From Eledone cirrhosa (taxonomy: Eukaryota), in NCBI GenBank assembly GCA_964016885.1, contig OZ024740.1, positions 404,860,001-404,924,000 on the forward strand: a stretch of 64,000 nt of DNA. The letters run 5' to 3'. The notes under the pieces are model-generated. The model searched no databases. It was not told where the DNA came from and worked only from the letters and a program-made list of their open reading frames with translations. Below are positions 11,445 to 24,662 of the stretch, piece after piece; position 1 is the stretch's first letter; each line of letters starts with the position of its first letter. A program made the translations under genes and the position numbers.

Positions 11445-11950
11445 TATCATCATCATCATCATTTTATGTTCGTTTTCCCTGCTTGCAAGGGTGGGATGGG
11501 AACTGATTCAGGCTTGATTTCTACAGCTGGATGCCCTTCCTAACACCAACCTCAATTACAGTAAGTGCTAGGTGCTTTTTTTCCGTGGCGCCTACACGTC
11601 CACTTTACAGTGTGGGCTGGGTGCTTTATATATCATCATCATCATCGTTTAACGTCCATCTTCCACGCTAGCATGGGACTGGACAGGAATTGTCCTACTT
11701 GAGGCAAGATTGGTTGTCTTGCTCAAGACTATCTGGTGGGTTGTCTATGGCTGGATGCCCTTCCTAACACCAACCACGTTTACAGTGTGGACTGGGAGGT
11801 TTTTACCGTGTTACCTACATGGCCACATTACAGCGTGGACTGTGTTTTTTTGTCGTGACACCTACACAACCTCATTTATTTAGGACTGGATGTTGTGGTA
11901 CCAACATAACTTTACATCGAAAGGGGTAGTGTAGATGGGGGTGGGGGTAG
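11445..11950 (-). mobile_element. Composite RTE 3' module, inverted copy of about 8950-9470
   Basis: Same two modules with the same junction gatgatgatatataaagcacccagcccacac. Confidence 0.85.
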
Positions 11951-11985
11951 GGGTAGTGGGTGTATTTATATATATATATATTTAT

Positions 11986-12017
<32 letters not shown>

Positions 12018-13255
12018 TTTACGTCTGCTTTTCGCTGCTTGCAAGGGTGGGACAGGTCTTATTCAGCACAGCATCTCTCCACTTGTCACGGTCCTTCATC
12101 TCCACCATGAGCTTCAGCGATCTGAGGTCTGTTCTCACCACCTCCGCCCATGTTTTTCGTGGTCTACCTCTACCACGTCTTCCTTCAACTGGCATTTCCT
12201 GGCACTTCTTCACCCATCGGTCATCCTCCATGCGCATCACATGTCCATACCACCTTCTCTCTCGCACACTACATTCTATCACTCTCAGACACAGTTTCGC
12301 TCTCAACACATTCATGCTGGGTCGTTCACACACATTGACATTGCACATCCAATGGAGCATGCTTGCCTCATTTCTCTCCAGCCATCACATATCCTCTGCA
12401 GTTGCTGCCCATGCCTCACTACCATGCAGCATCATGCTCCTCACATAGGCATCATATAACCGGCCTTTCGTACGCAGGGAGAAACCCGCTCCCTAAACTA
12501 CTTCCAACCCGTCCTTATTCTAGATACTATGGCCTCGGAACACCCTCCTCCCATGCTAATCTGATCTCCTAGGTACCAGATGCTATCCACCACTTCTATA
12601 GCACCCGCCTGCATTTGAAAAATGTGTCTACCAATGCGACTTCTACCGTCTAATTTCCCTGTACATCTACTGCATACGTATTTTTCCCTACCTGTCAGTT
12701 TGCCTGCTATCCCACTACATCTCTTGTGTACCCAAGATCTGCATTGTGTGCATTTTATAGAATTTATGCCAGTTCCTTTTCTGCATATCGAACATGGCCA
12801 TTTCCCTGATGGAATCAGAGATTTGTCCTCTTTTCTACTCATCAACACTTTTGTCTTAGCTAGGTTCACTCTCAGTCCTCTTGCTTCCAACTGCTGTTTC
12901 CATAGCCAGAATTTATTCTCTAGCTCCTCTACTGATTCTGCTATAAGAACTAGATCGTCAGCATAGAGAAGTTCCCATGGACAGCCAGTCTTAAACTCCT
13001 CTGTTATGGCTTGGAGGACTATAATGAACAAGAGCGGGCTGAGGACCGAACCTTGATGTACTCCTGCTTGTATCTGGAATTCCTCACTAAACTCAATTCC
13101 TACCCTGACTTTACTGACAGTACCTCTGTACAAAGTTTGCACTGTCCTCACAAGCCATTCCTCAACACCTAGTTTTCTTTAGGGACCACCAGATGACAGA
13201 TCGGGTACCCTATCAAAGGCCTTCTCTAGGTCAACAAAGGCTAAGTATAGTGGGT

Positions 13256-13258
<3 letters not shown>
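11986..13258 (-). mobile_element. 5'-truncated RTE-clade LINE (RT region)
   Basis: AFVDLEKAFDRV, GVHQGSVLSPLLF and LLYADDLVL, followed by a Cys/His finger, the RTE C-terminus and a (TGA)n tail. Same subfamily as 5248-6140. Confidence 0.92.
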
Positions 13259-13303
<45 letters not shown>

Positions 13304-14587
13304 ATACACACAAGAAAGATAATTCTATGTATAGTAGGAATAAAATAATCACCACAAATTCAATTGAGAATAACACTCTCTCTGAAGCAACAGTTTTCAA
13401 TAAGTCATTGCATCAACAATATTTCCAAATTAGGTATATTGTTCTGAAATGAACCTTAATGACTAAAGTCTAGACAGATAATAACACAGTTTTACACTTT
13501 AACACATCCTTACTTTTTCACTTGTTAACACGTTTCTCTTCCCCCCTCTCTTTCTCTCTCTCCCTCACACATTTTCTTTCTCACTCTCTCCCTCCCACAC
13601 ATTCTCTCTCTTCATAATAATCTGACCAAGTAAAATCACAATTGGTTGTTTGAATTATTTTTTCACTTATACAGAAACAAATACAATTATCAATGGATTT
13701 CTGTTGAAGCTTGAAATTGATTTTCTGACATTAATTTTTTGAAAATTTATTTTTTAGTTATTTTTTACTTTATTTATAAAAATAAAAAGTAAAGAAAGAA
13801 ATTGTAAGTATGCCACAAAAGAAGCATTTAAGTTGCATCTTGTAACTAAATGTAGCTGCAGTAGAAGTAGCAATAGTAGCAGTAGTAATATTGGCAAAAC
13901 ATTAAGCAAATTCTTGGGGAACATTTATTTCTCTTTGTCTGCTAGAGGGATGCTAGGCCTAAGAAAAAGAATATTATGAGTTGGGGCAACACAAACTCCA
14001 TATTTAGCAGTTATTGGTTGCAATTTGTCATAATGCCAGAAAATGTTGCTAATTTTCCAGAATTGCTCATAAATATTTGGATGAATATATATGCTCTGTG
14101 GTTAGTGTTTATTATAGAGCAACTGCAGTTAGAAAATATCTCTGGGATAAATGTAGTTGCTTGAATACTGGAGAGAAAGCCACAGGTAAAATTAAAAACA
14201 ACAAAACTAGATAAACTATGACTCAAAACTATCTGAGAGTATGAGGCGTCTGGAATAATAGTCTGGGTTAACCCTTTGGACTTGATTGCTGGGTGTACAA
14301 ACTGTTTCACTCTTTCCCACCAGTCTGGTTTTCCATTCTGTCATAAACTTCACTTATTTACTGTTATTTACACTGCTTTCCTCATGAATCAATAATTGTT
14401 CCATTGCTGTAATTTTTGTCAAGTTCATATATTTTGTTTCACAGGTTTAATCAGTCTGAATTTTTACAGTAAGTTTTGTGCAGACACTAAGAGTCCATAG
14501 GAACAGTAAGGAGTTAGGATTGAAAGGGAAGAACTGAAACATTGTGGATATTCCCTACTCTTTATATAAAATACTTGTCATTCTTAT

Positions 14588-14815
14588 TTAACCCTTTACC
14601 ATTTACATTACTCTATATTTACTATTGTATTTTCACGGTAAAGGCTTTACCTTACATAATTATCTCACATAATATTGAATCTATGAGATTTAATGTTATT
14701 TATTTTGAGAACAATACCTTAATATCAGTATGAGTAGCTGGTTACAGCCAGTTTGAACGGAAAGAGGTGTGAGAATTCTGGCCGCATATGGCTGGTTTAA
14801 ATGCTAAAGAGTTAA
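14588..14815. mobile_element. piggyBac-like (TTAA-CCC) MITE, family B
   Basis: TTAACCCTTTA...TAAAGAGTTAA termini. Further copies lie at 16878-17059, 31433-31637 and about 38244-38441 (inverted). Confidence 0.65.
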
Positions 14816-15001
14816 AGATGATATAGGTTTTATAGTTACATTAACATGTCATCTATACACAATGACTCTAACTTATATATAGTTAGTCTTTATTTATTTT
14901 ATATTCACTTTACTGATTTATCTATTTATATACTGGGGTTTATATACTATGACAAGATGATCTAAAACGGGGACCCTGATATAAACTATCAGCAATATCT
15001 T

Positions 15002-15146
15002 ACATTATCTAGACTCTCTACCATTATCTATACTCTCTACCATTATCTAGACTTTCTACCATTATCTAGAGTCTCTATCTAGACTCTCTACCATTATCTA
15101 GACCCTCTACCATTATCTAGACTCTCTACCACTATCTAGACTCTCT
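15002..15146. repeat. About 19-bp minisatellite (cattatctagactctctac)
   Basis: About 7 tandem copies visible. Confidence 0.9.
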
Positions 15147-15604
15147 TAGAGGGAATTTGGTTACTACTATTATCAGATCAAGTGACTGCATAGAATCTCC
15201 ATTGTTATATTTTCATGTTAGGCTTTATCTGAAGATACTTCTAGAAGGTATCTTCAAGGTGTGTCCAGCTACTTTTTCTTAATCTCAGTTTTCATTATCC
15301 ATCTGATTAGTTTTTCTCTTCAATAAAGTATTTGTAATACAATTATAATTTTTCACACTATTAACCACATCTTTACATTTGATTAACTGCATTGATTTCA
15401 TCAGTCTAAGGCATGTGAAGGCCAACGGTAGAGCTTTTGACTCCAGTCTAAACTACTAATAATTATATTACAGTTATACCATAACATCTGTCACTCAATT
15501 GAGTATGACTTGATAGAATTTACCATGTGTTTACTAATTCAAAATGTTGAGACCCAGAACAACTCTCCAATGTTTTAATGACTCTGTTAAATTGACTGCC
15601 TTAA

Positions 15605-15812
15605 TAGTGGCTTCTGATTTAGGCACAATTTTGGGAAGGGAAGTTGATTAAATCGACCCCAGTGCATTACTGGTGCTTTATTTTATTGACCCCGTAAGGA
15701 TGAAAGGCAAAGCTAACTTCAATGGGATTTGAACTCAGAACGTAAAGGGCCTTAACTCTATGCCGCAGAGCATAGTGTCTGATGCTCTACCGATTCTGCT
15801 AATCTACCGCCT
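15605..15812 (-). mobile_element. tRNA-derived SINE, family 1
   Basis: Core ttctgagttcaaatccc...ctttgcctttcatccttacggggtc.ataaaataaag.accag, with many copies in the window. Confidence 0.8.
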
Positions 15813-16219
15813 TTGACTGCCTTAATAATAACAACAAATAGATAAATAAATAAATATTCAGTTTCTAATGTGATAAATGTAGTTAGAGATTTAGCTGATG
15901 TATTTAAAGACATGCCAATAGATTACATTTAAATATATCAAATATAATGCTATTATTACAAACTTACATTTAATGAGCAATTAAGTAAATTTCAGAATTA
16001 TGTAATCTAATATTAAGTAACACTGAAGCATACCAATGTGTCTATGGAAAATTTAGAATTCTAAATACTTCAAACCATTTCAGTGAAATACATTGTTTAT
16101 TTATTTCTATTAATTTTGAAAATAATCAAGAATTTGAAAGGAATTTAGTAAAATGACTTTCTTCATTATGAAGCTGATATCTATAACATAACTGGGGTAG
16201 AAATTTAGTAAAGTTGTTA

Positions 16220-16405
16220 TAATTGTTTCTAATTTTAGCACAAGGCCAGCAATTATCCCAGTACATTACTGGTACTTTATTTTATCAACCCCCGTAAGGA
16301 TGAAAGGCAAAGTTAACCTAGGCGGGATTTGAACTCAGAATGGCAAGGGCCATAACTCTATGTATCAAAGCATGGCGTCTGACCCTCTACCAATACTGCC
16401 AATCT
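16220..16405 (-). mobile_element. tRNA-derived SINE, family 1
   Basis: Same core, with the 3' end ggccttgtgctaaaattagaaacaatt. Confidence 0.8.
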
Positions 16406-16877
16406 AGAGTTGTTATAATGTAAGATAGAATGCTTTGTGGTATTTGTTCTGGCTCTCTGTGCTCTCAGTTCAAAACCTGCTAAGGTCAACTTAGCCTTTT
16501 GAGGTTGATAACAAAAATGTACCAGTTCAGTACTGGTACTTCCTCTCTATCATGCTTTCTTTCCTTCTCTGTAAGAAATCAGCTGTGTTCAGACCTGGAG
16601 AAGGGATGAGCTTCAGATTTAAAATGTCCAAGATATACTGTATATTATGATGGCACCCCTAAGACTTCTTCAGGAGTTATGTGCCCATACATACACAACA
16701 TAACTGGTAGAAAGTTTCTTACATAAAGATATTATGGAAGGTTTTATCATAAATATAAATACAAACACTTTAAAATGAGAAGTTTTGTATCATAAAACCA
16801 GAGGTGGTTTCAGGTTGATTAATATCAAAAAATATCTGGTATGAGTTATTGCTTACATGTTTATAATTTTCAAACTA

Positions 16878-17059
16878 TTAACCCTTTAGCATTTACATTA
16901 CTCTATATTTACTATTGTATGTTCATGGTAAAGGCTTTACTTCACATAATATCAAATCTGTGACATTTTGATGTTATTTATTTTGAGAACCATACCTTAA
17001 CATCTGTATGAGCATATGGTTATGGCCGGATATGGCTGGTTTAAAGGTTAAAAGGTTAA
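16878..17059. mobile_element. piggyBac-like MITE, family B
   Basis: Homologous to 14588-14815, with a TTAACCCTTT start. Confidence 0.65.
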
Positions 17060-19019
17060 ACTTATCTTTAGAGACATAACATTATAATTGCTATTATTGT
17101 TTTTACATCTACTTTTCTATGTTAGCATGGGTTGAACAGGACTTTTTGAGGTAGTGTTTAGTTTGGATACTCTTTCTGATGCCCACTCTTTCAGTCACCT
17201 CTTACAATATACAGAGATACAGTGTACTGATTTTATAAATAGATACAAATGGATAAACCAGAATACACAAAGTTTAACTGGACTGAACGGGGAAACATCC
17301 CTTTCCTTCTCATTGTTTTATGTCCATTTTCCATGTTGGCAAAAGTTGAATCAGTCATTACATTCTGAGTTAGTCCTTGAGTTACTGACCACTATGTTTC
17401 AATTGGTTTGATCTTCGATCCTCATCAGGTACCTTATTCTCTAATATATATATAGTACTGGGCTCGGTTTGAACTCAGAACCTTTCTTTCTAAACTAATG
17501 GTGTGTGTGTGTGTGTTGGACCTCCATCACTTCTAATGAGGAATGTTCCAGTTATTCAAACAACAGAACAGCCTGTTCTTGAAATTAATGTGCAAGTGGC
17601 TGAGCTGTCTTCAGATACATGGATCCTTAACATAGTTCTCAGGGAGATTCAACATGACACAGAGTATGACAAGATTGGTTCTTTGAATTGTAGGTGCAAC
17701 TCATTTTTGCCAGTTTATGAATTGGAATAATGTGAAATAATATGATGTGAGGAATTGAATTCATGACCTTACACTTGTGAGCCAAACACCCTAACCAGCA
17801 AGCCATGCACTTTCCACAAACTAATGGTAGTACATGCATCAGTGACACAGTGGATATGAGCAGTTCAAATCAAAATATAAAGTAGCATAGATGAGAGTGA
17901 GAGATGGACTGGAATATTTATGGTAGTTTTCTCTCTTTTTCTCTATCTCTTATTTCCCTCTCCCTCTCTTACATTATCTCCATTACATTAAGGTGAGGGG
18001 TCAATAAATTAAGTACCAACAATCTATTGGATACCACCGCTCTCTGTCATTCTTTCATACACACATCAAATACTTTATAACTATGAAAGAAAAAAAAAAT
18101 CAATATTCCATGTGATCATTAAACATTGCACTTTGCTCAACTCTGTTGATTCTAAATACTGAGAAATTCTCCTTTTGATGAGAAAACTATAGAAATCTAT
18201 TTACATGTAGGAAAACTTCCATCATCCATATAAAACGAGGTAAGAATTATAGGTTAATCTCTAGTGATAATGATCTGATATGCTAATCCACCAATTTCAA
18301 CACATACAAATTTGATGGTATTTCAAGCAGTCTGGGTTTCTTTATAACAATCTTGACTTATATTACTATTGCAGGAATCTTAATGCCGATTTACTATAAT
18401 CAACTAAACGGATTAAATTTACATGGCAATATCTAAAGTATCACAGAATTCCCTTGTAGTGAGATATTGAAAACACTTGGTAAGAACATTTTATGAGGGT
18501 ATTGCATTTTGTATCCCATTTTATTTGTTAGACAGTTTTTAGAGGAGATAGGACAGTTCTCATTACCTTTTTAAGTCTACCTAGATTAGGTGAGATCCTC
18601 ATCAGTATCACCCCCCCCCCCCCCCCCCCCAAAAAAAAACCACCACCACCACCACTACCATAACACACCACCAGCACCAGCACCAACACCACCATGGGTT
18701 AGATGGGTTATCATGGTCTGAGACTAGATGAGTATGAGGATCATGTTTATATGTTCCATTTTTGCATGATTTCTATGGCTGAATGTCCTTCCTAATGCCA
18801 ATCACTTTACAAACTATACTGCATGCATCTTGTAAAGTGGTTGGCATTAGCATTTAATCTGAATTGTGACAAATTACTGGTTTGAAAATGAACACAGGCA
18901 AAGAAATAGTTCCAGAGGAAATAAACTCCAAACAAAAACCCAGCAAAGTGTTTAGTAAGATGAAATATGGCACAATGTAGTAGTTGAAAGAATAGTTAAG
19001 CAGTTAGATAGTTGTTTTT

Positions 19020-19455
19020 TATGAGCCAGTTGCTGATGACTGAGATGGCTTGGTCATGACTCACTAATGGATGAATCCAGAATCTCCAAACAACTCCTGT
19101 ATGGAGAACTAACAGATGGAAAAAGGAGAATGGGATGTCTTAACCTGTGTTTGATGAAAGGAATGGGAAGAGTCAGTAAAGGTCCATTGCAGTTGGAAAT
19201 CACAGTTCCGATACTATGGACATGTGGTTAGAATGTCTCAGGAAAGAATCGCTGGACAGATTTTACAGGCAAAACCAACCAGTAGGAGACCCAGAGCAAG
19301 ATGATTGGATAACATCCATGAGCTTGGCTGGTCTCGCCCGGGGATCCAGCCAGATCAGTTGTAGATGGTTGCTTTAGACGGGACCTGCTGAAGTGTTTGA
19401 GGACTCTTCCCCCATGACCCTCTTAGGAATAAGTGGGCGAAGAAGAAGAAAAAGA
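19020..19455 (+). mobile_element. Two decayed RTE-clade 3' fragments
   Basis: Read LRWLGH..MDESRISKQLLYGEL and QFRYYGHVVRMSQERIAGQIL, with a (GAA)n tail. Confidence 0.65.
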
Positions 19456-20253
19456 ATATAGAAGAGCCAAAACATTTGAAAATTTGTGCATCCAATAGGC
19501 TCTCTGTGGGTATTGTGCCACAACATTGCTCTCTGTGGGTATTGTGAAAAGCCATGTTAAGCACACATAGAACTAATTAGTCATGAAAAGAAGTTTGAAA
19601 AGAGGTCAGTTGTGAATAATTAAGAAGTTTCTGCCTCTGTAAGATCATCTTTCACGGAGAAATGAGCATGGAGGAAGAAGTAGAACCTGTGGCCTTCATA
19701 TGTCTTCTGCCACTTAAGAGATTAAGTTAACATAATAAATTTAGCTTAGTATTGTAAGCTAAAGTAACATATATGAATTACATAAAACTTTTACTACTTA
19801 CAGTAATAAATTATATTTTATCATAGTACATAAATTGAATTAAGAGTTAAGAAACAATTTTCAAGAACTCACCATCAAACCTCTTCCTCAATATACTGAT
19901 AATGTTGAAAGATTTATTCAAATTAGTAATTTACTGGCTTCTTGATTTAGTTATCAATGTTGGAGTTCCCTTCTCTTGATTTGGTTATTCTTTGCTCCCC
20001 TCACCCCTGAGGTTTTATTTATTTTCTCCTACTTGGTTTCATAGCAGAGCTATCAGTGTTCAAATGATTTATTTCACTAAATGAGAATTAGTAGTGTATC
20101 AATAAATTCAATTGCTGTGATGAGTGGATTGTCTATCATTTTTGGCTCTAGCTCTTCAACTGAGAATAGAGAAAGACAAAGGAGTTGTTAATCTGCTTGT
20201 AGGCTGTGAATATATTTTAAAACTATAAATATTTTGTCTTATCATTACCATGA

Positions 20254-20360
20254 CTAGCAGAAAACCGCCCTTCGGCCGGTTTTCTGCTAGCATATGTAGT
20301 GTGTATATTGGTATTATACGCAAATATATATATGTAAATTGAAAAGTAAATTGACAATAT
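20254..20360 (-). mobile_element. Helitron 3' end
   Basis: Minus strand ends in the hairpin ctagcagaaaaccggccgaagggcggttttctg-CTAG|T. Homologous to 22405-22527. Confidence 0.7.
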
Positions 20361-21030
20361 CTTCTGCTTCTTCGCCCACTTGTTTCTGAGAGAGTCATGG
20401 TGGCAGAGTCCTTCTCAAATACTCCTTCCAGCGAGTCTGTCAGAAGCAAACATCTCTAACTGATGCAGCTGGGTCCCAAAGCATAACCAGCCAAGCTCAT
20501 GGATGTTATCCAACTATCTTGCTCAGGGTCTCTTGATGGTTGGTTTTGCCTGTAAAATGTGTCCAGCGATTCTTTACTGAGACATTCTAACCACATGCTT
20601 ATAACATTGGAGTTGTGATCTCTCAATTCGGAGAAGTAGCGGCTCTACCAGGAGTGACTCTCTGGTCTCTGAGCTATGCACTTTATTGAGTAACGTTACT
20701 CCAAAGACCCCTCGGAGGAATCCCATTTCTGCCGCTTTTATTTGCAATTGTATTCTTTTGGTCATTACTCAAGATTCACGATCCTCAGTAAGAGTTGGCA
20801 GGAATACCAGGAAGACAGTGAGTTTGGCTTTTACACCTACCCTTTCTTCTGATTGCTGAGGCTGGTGCATTACTGCATCAGCTTTTGCAATTCTTGCACT
20901 TAATTCAGCCTCCAGCATTCAATCACTCACGAACATGGCTCCAAGATACTTGAACTTCTCTAATTGCTTCAGTAGAACTCCATTCACATGTATATAAATT
21001 TGAGGCATTTCTGTCCACCCATCCATCACA
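20361..21030 (-). mobile_element. Decayed RTE-clade LINE (second lineage)
   Basis: ORF 20574-20765 (IKAAEMGFLRGVFGVTLLNKV, IERSQLQCYKHVVRM) and an upstream KFKYLG motif. Confidence 0.8.
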
Positions 21031-21174
21031 CAATGTGTATGTATGTGTGTGTAAAAGGAAGGAAAGGGATACACACATATATGTCTCTAACTTAAAAACA
21101 GTGACACATACACATACGTCTCTAATTTAAGAACACCGACAAACTCGCATGTGCACATACACACATTGTCCTAT

Positions 21175-21845
21175 TACCACTCAAGAGCTTTGGCCCAGGC
21201 AAACATCCCCTCAATTTTGGAACTGTCTGCGTTGTCCAGAATTGACGGGAAAAGACTTGATGATCTTACTCTGTGCTCCTGGTCAAGAGGCAGGTGCCTT
21301 ACCTGGGACGTCAGTTAGTGACTCTTTTGCTTTTTCCCACATCCTGGATGCAGCGGTAAGGGCGAGAGCTACAGCATCCGCAGCTGAACGGAACAAAATC
21401 CTAAAATACTGTGTTCTGTCAGCTAACTACATTATCCAGCCTGTCGTGTTCGAGACATTTGGAGGAGTCGGCCTACTGATAGCGAGGTTATTATCTTCAC
21501 GGGCGGCTTGCCAAACAGAGGTAACTGGTGATGCTCGTGAGGGCACTTGGTTGTTCCAGAACCTCAGGCTCGCCATCACCCCAGGTAACACCGTGAGCGT
21601 GTTGGCCTGTCTCAAAAATTATTAGAGAGGTTTCCCAGTGCTTTTCACTATATTGCTATCTTTTGCTCTGGTAGCATCTCGTTTTTCCATTCTTTTGCCT
21701 GCATATTGTTCTATGGGGTCTAAGATGTGGGTATTAGGTGCTTGTGTATTTTTTCTCTTTCTTTTTTTCCTTTCCCTTTCCTTTGTATATATTATATTTG
21801 TTAGTGTTTTCGCTCTGTAATCATTATATTAAATTTTTATATAAA
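21175..21845 (+). mobile_element. CRE-clade (RLE) non-LTR retrotransposon 3' fragment
   Basis: Reads AERNKILKY...IQPVVFETFGGVG...LFQNLRLAITPGN, the RLE C-terminal motifs typical of the CRE clade. Confidence 0.75.
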
Positions 21846-22527
21846 TCTAAACTATAATAAAGTAAGGAGTGCGGGACTCATCCAGAATAAATTTTTTTAT
21901 CCCGTTTGTAAAATAAGTTCGATTACTTTGAATAAATAATTGTTTCTACTTTTGGCACAAGGCCAGCAATTACCCAGTGCATTACTGGTACTTTATTTTA
22001 TCGACCCCGTAAGGATGAAAGGCAAAGTTAACCTCGCGGGATTTGAACTCAGAATGGCAAGGGCCGTAACTCTATGCGTCAAAGCATGGCGTCCGGCCCT
22101 CTACCTAATTTATCTACTAAATTTTGTAGCTGTTGATTAAACATAAATATTCTTATATATAATGATTGCTTATTTTAAGATTCACTTCTTTTAAAATTTT
22201 CAAATGTCTACACTTCCGGTTAGCGTTCGTTATATCATAACACTTATTTTACATCGCTTATATAAATATCCATATATTTGCATCGTTACATAAGGTTTCA
22301 TTACATTTCACCGTAATGAAGTTTATATCGTTTTTTTTAAATGTATCATGGATTACTTTACTTCCAGAAGAGAATGTAAGACAGTCTCTCTTCAATTTCT
22401 GTGCATATTGTCAATTACGATTTTATTTGATGTATCATATCTACATGCATGTATATTTGCATATAATATAAAATATTCACACTACACATGCTAGCAGAAA
22501 ACCGCCCGAAGGGTTGTTTTCTTCTAG
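21846..22527 (+). mobile_element. Non-autonomous Helitron with a SINE inserted at about 21936-22105
   Basis: 5' A|TCTAAACTATAATAAAG and a 3' hairpin gcagaaaaccgcccgaagggttgttttctt-CTAG|T. Confidence 0.7.
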
Positions 22528-22836
22528 TGAGTTTAAAAAAAAAAAAAAGAGTTAAACTGTGTTGTTAATAAATAAATAAAAAGTTGTACTTTTACCCTTC
22601 CATTTCCAATTCAGCGAACGCTATCATGGCTGTTTGTGTGTGTTTGTGTAAATGTATGTGTGTTTGTGTGAAAGTATGTGTACCTGTGTGAATGGGACGT
22701 CACAGTTAGTGACTCTTGCTTCTTCCCACATCCTGGATGCAGCGGTAAGGGTGAAAGCTAAAGCATATATATATTTGTTTGTGTTTTCGTTCTGTAAGCA
22801 TATTAAATTTTTATACAAATGAATTTTAAAAAAAAA

Positions 22837-23960
22837 AAAGTCAATCACAGACCTTGCCTTCGAGTCAATTTTCCAATCGAACATGGTTGGCCTTGAGCAG
22901 CTGCTGAGGAATATCGAAGTTATCGAACCCCATCAAGGTTTCTTCATACTCAGGAACTACCTGTCTATTCCTAAGCTTCTGTATTTGCTCAGGGTCAGCC
23001 CCTCTCACATATTTCCGTCTTGCCTCCAACGCTTCGACGACCTAATCTTCGAGAGACTTGAGTGCCTAGTCAATGTTAGACTCTCTCCGGAGTCCGTAAG
23101 TGTTCGTCACTCTCTCTCCACTGCTTCCTTTCCTCCACCCACGCTTGCTCCACCCTGGTGAGCAGCATCCTCTCCTCTCCAACATGGACTAGTTCTAACA
23201 GGCAGTTGGGTGAAGCTCTCCAGCAATCAAGTGAGTTGGGCTTGTCTCTTCCTGAGAATGTGGAGGACAGTCGAAGTAAGAGAACTTGGGACAACATAAG
23301 TTCGAAGGCCACCTTTGACTCCCTCTTCGTCCGGTTGATGCCCTACCCGTGACCAACGTTGGTAGCCTACTCAGCCTTGACGAACTTCGTGTCTCCATCG
23401 CCCTCAGAGGGAGCTGACGTCTGCATGGGTTTGAGGTGCCGATGCGACAAACTCCTCAACTCCACAGGCCTCCACGGTCTTTCTTGCCGCCTGAATGCCG
23501 GCCGCTTCGCGCATCACACGGAGCTAAACCTCATTCTCAAGAGAGCTTTGGCCCGGGCGAACACCCTCTCAATCTTAGAACCATCTGGGTTGTCCAGAAG
23601 TGACGGCAAAAGACTGTTAGTGACTCTTGCTCTTTCCCATATCCTGGATGCTGCCGAGCGGAGTAAGATCCTCAAATACTGTGATCTGTCGGCCAGCTAC
23701 ATTTTTCAGCCTGTGGCTTTCGAGACGTTTGGGGGAGTCGGGCCGCTGACTGCGAGGTTCCTCTCTTCACTGGCGGCTCGTCTAATAGAGGTAACTGGCG
23801 AATCTCGCGAGGGCGCTTGGTTGTTCCAGCGCATTAGCCTCGCCATTACGCGAGGCAACGCTGCGAGTGTGTTGGCTTGCCTCAAAAATCATTAGAGAGG
23901 TTGCCCAGTACCCGTCGCTGCTGTCTTTTGCTCTGGTGTTGGCTCCGTTGTTCACCCTTC
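22837..23960 (+). mobile_element. CRE-clade (RLE) non-LTR retrotransposon fragment
   Basis: LRNYLSIPKLLYLLR, a CxC..HGLSC zinc motif, RFAHH, EPSGLSRSDGKR, E..K..KY, FQPVAFETFG and FQRISLAITRGNA. Frameshifted and internally deleted. Confidence 0.85.
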
Positions 23961-24454
23961 CTTTACATTTTCTTTAATATTGTAACATTAAAAGAATATA
24001 TCTTTCTGGAAGAATCGCGAGCAATTTATAATGTTATCTAAGCATTTGTAATGTTTGTGTATATATTTGGAACATGTTTGTTATGTTATTCTACTGTAAA
24101 TTTATTTATATGCTCTGTTTATATTTTCATTCTGAAAGAATTGCAAACAACTGTGAATAAAATTTTAATAAAACGTTATACTTGTTTTACCCTCCCGTTT
24201 TTTTTTTTGACCAAGCGCTATCATTACTGTATGTGTGTGTTTGTGTAAATGTATGCGTGTTTGTGTGAATTTATGTGTATTTATCTGAATGAATGTCCGT
24301 GAGGCTGTATTTTTATAAGTTTGTGTTTGCGCGATTATAGTTATATACATGTATGTGCACAATCATACGCGTCAGCGTATAGAAAGTCATAATCACTCTA
24401 TCTTCCTCACCACAAACTCTCTCTTTTTATATATATGGTAGTTGAAGTGGTGGT

Positions 24455-24662
24455 GGTGGTGACGATATATCGGAAGTCTAGAAATGTGTAACTTTGAAAA
24501 GAAGTCAATTTTAAATTATTTATAAATACGAAATTTAGTACATAAATTATGTAATATTGATTCATTATTTATTAATCGAACTTATCGAACTTATTTTACA
24601 AACGGGATAAAAAAAATTTATTTGGATGCAGTCCTGCACTCCTTACTTTATTATAGTTTAGA
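24455..24662 (-). mobile_element. Helitron 5' portion (same family as 21846)
   Basis: 24584-24664 is the reverse complement of 21844-21923 with few mismatches. Confidence 0.65.

Noticed and set aside
15720-15812. tRNA gene
   Set aside because: The A/B-box-like motifs belong to SINE heads, and no cloverleaf was found.
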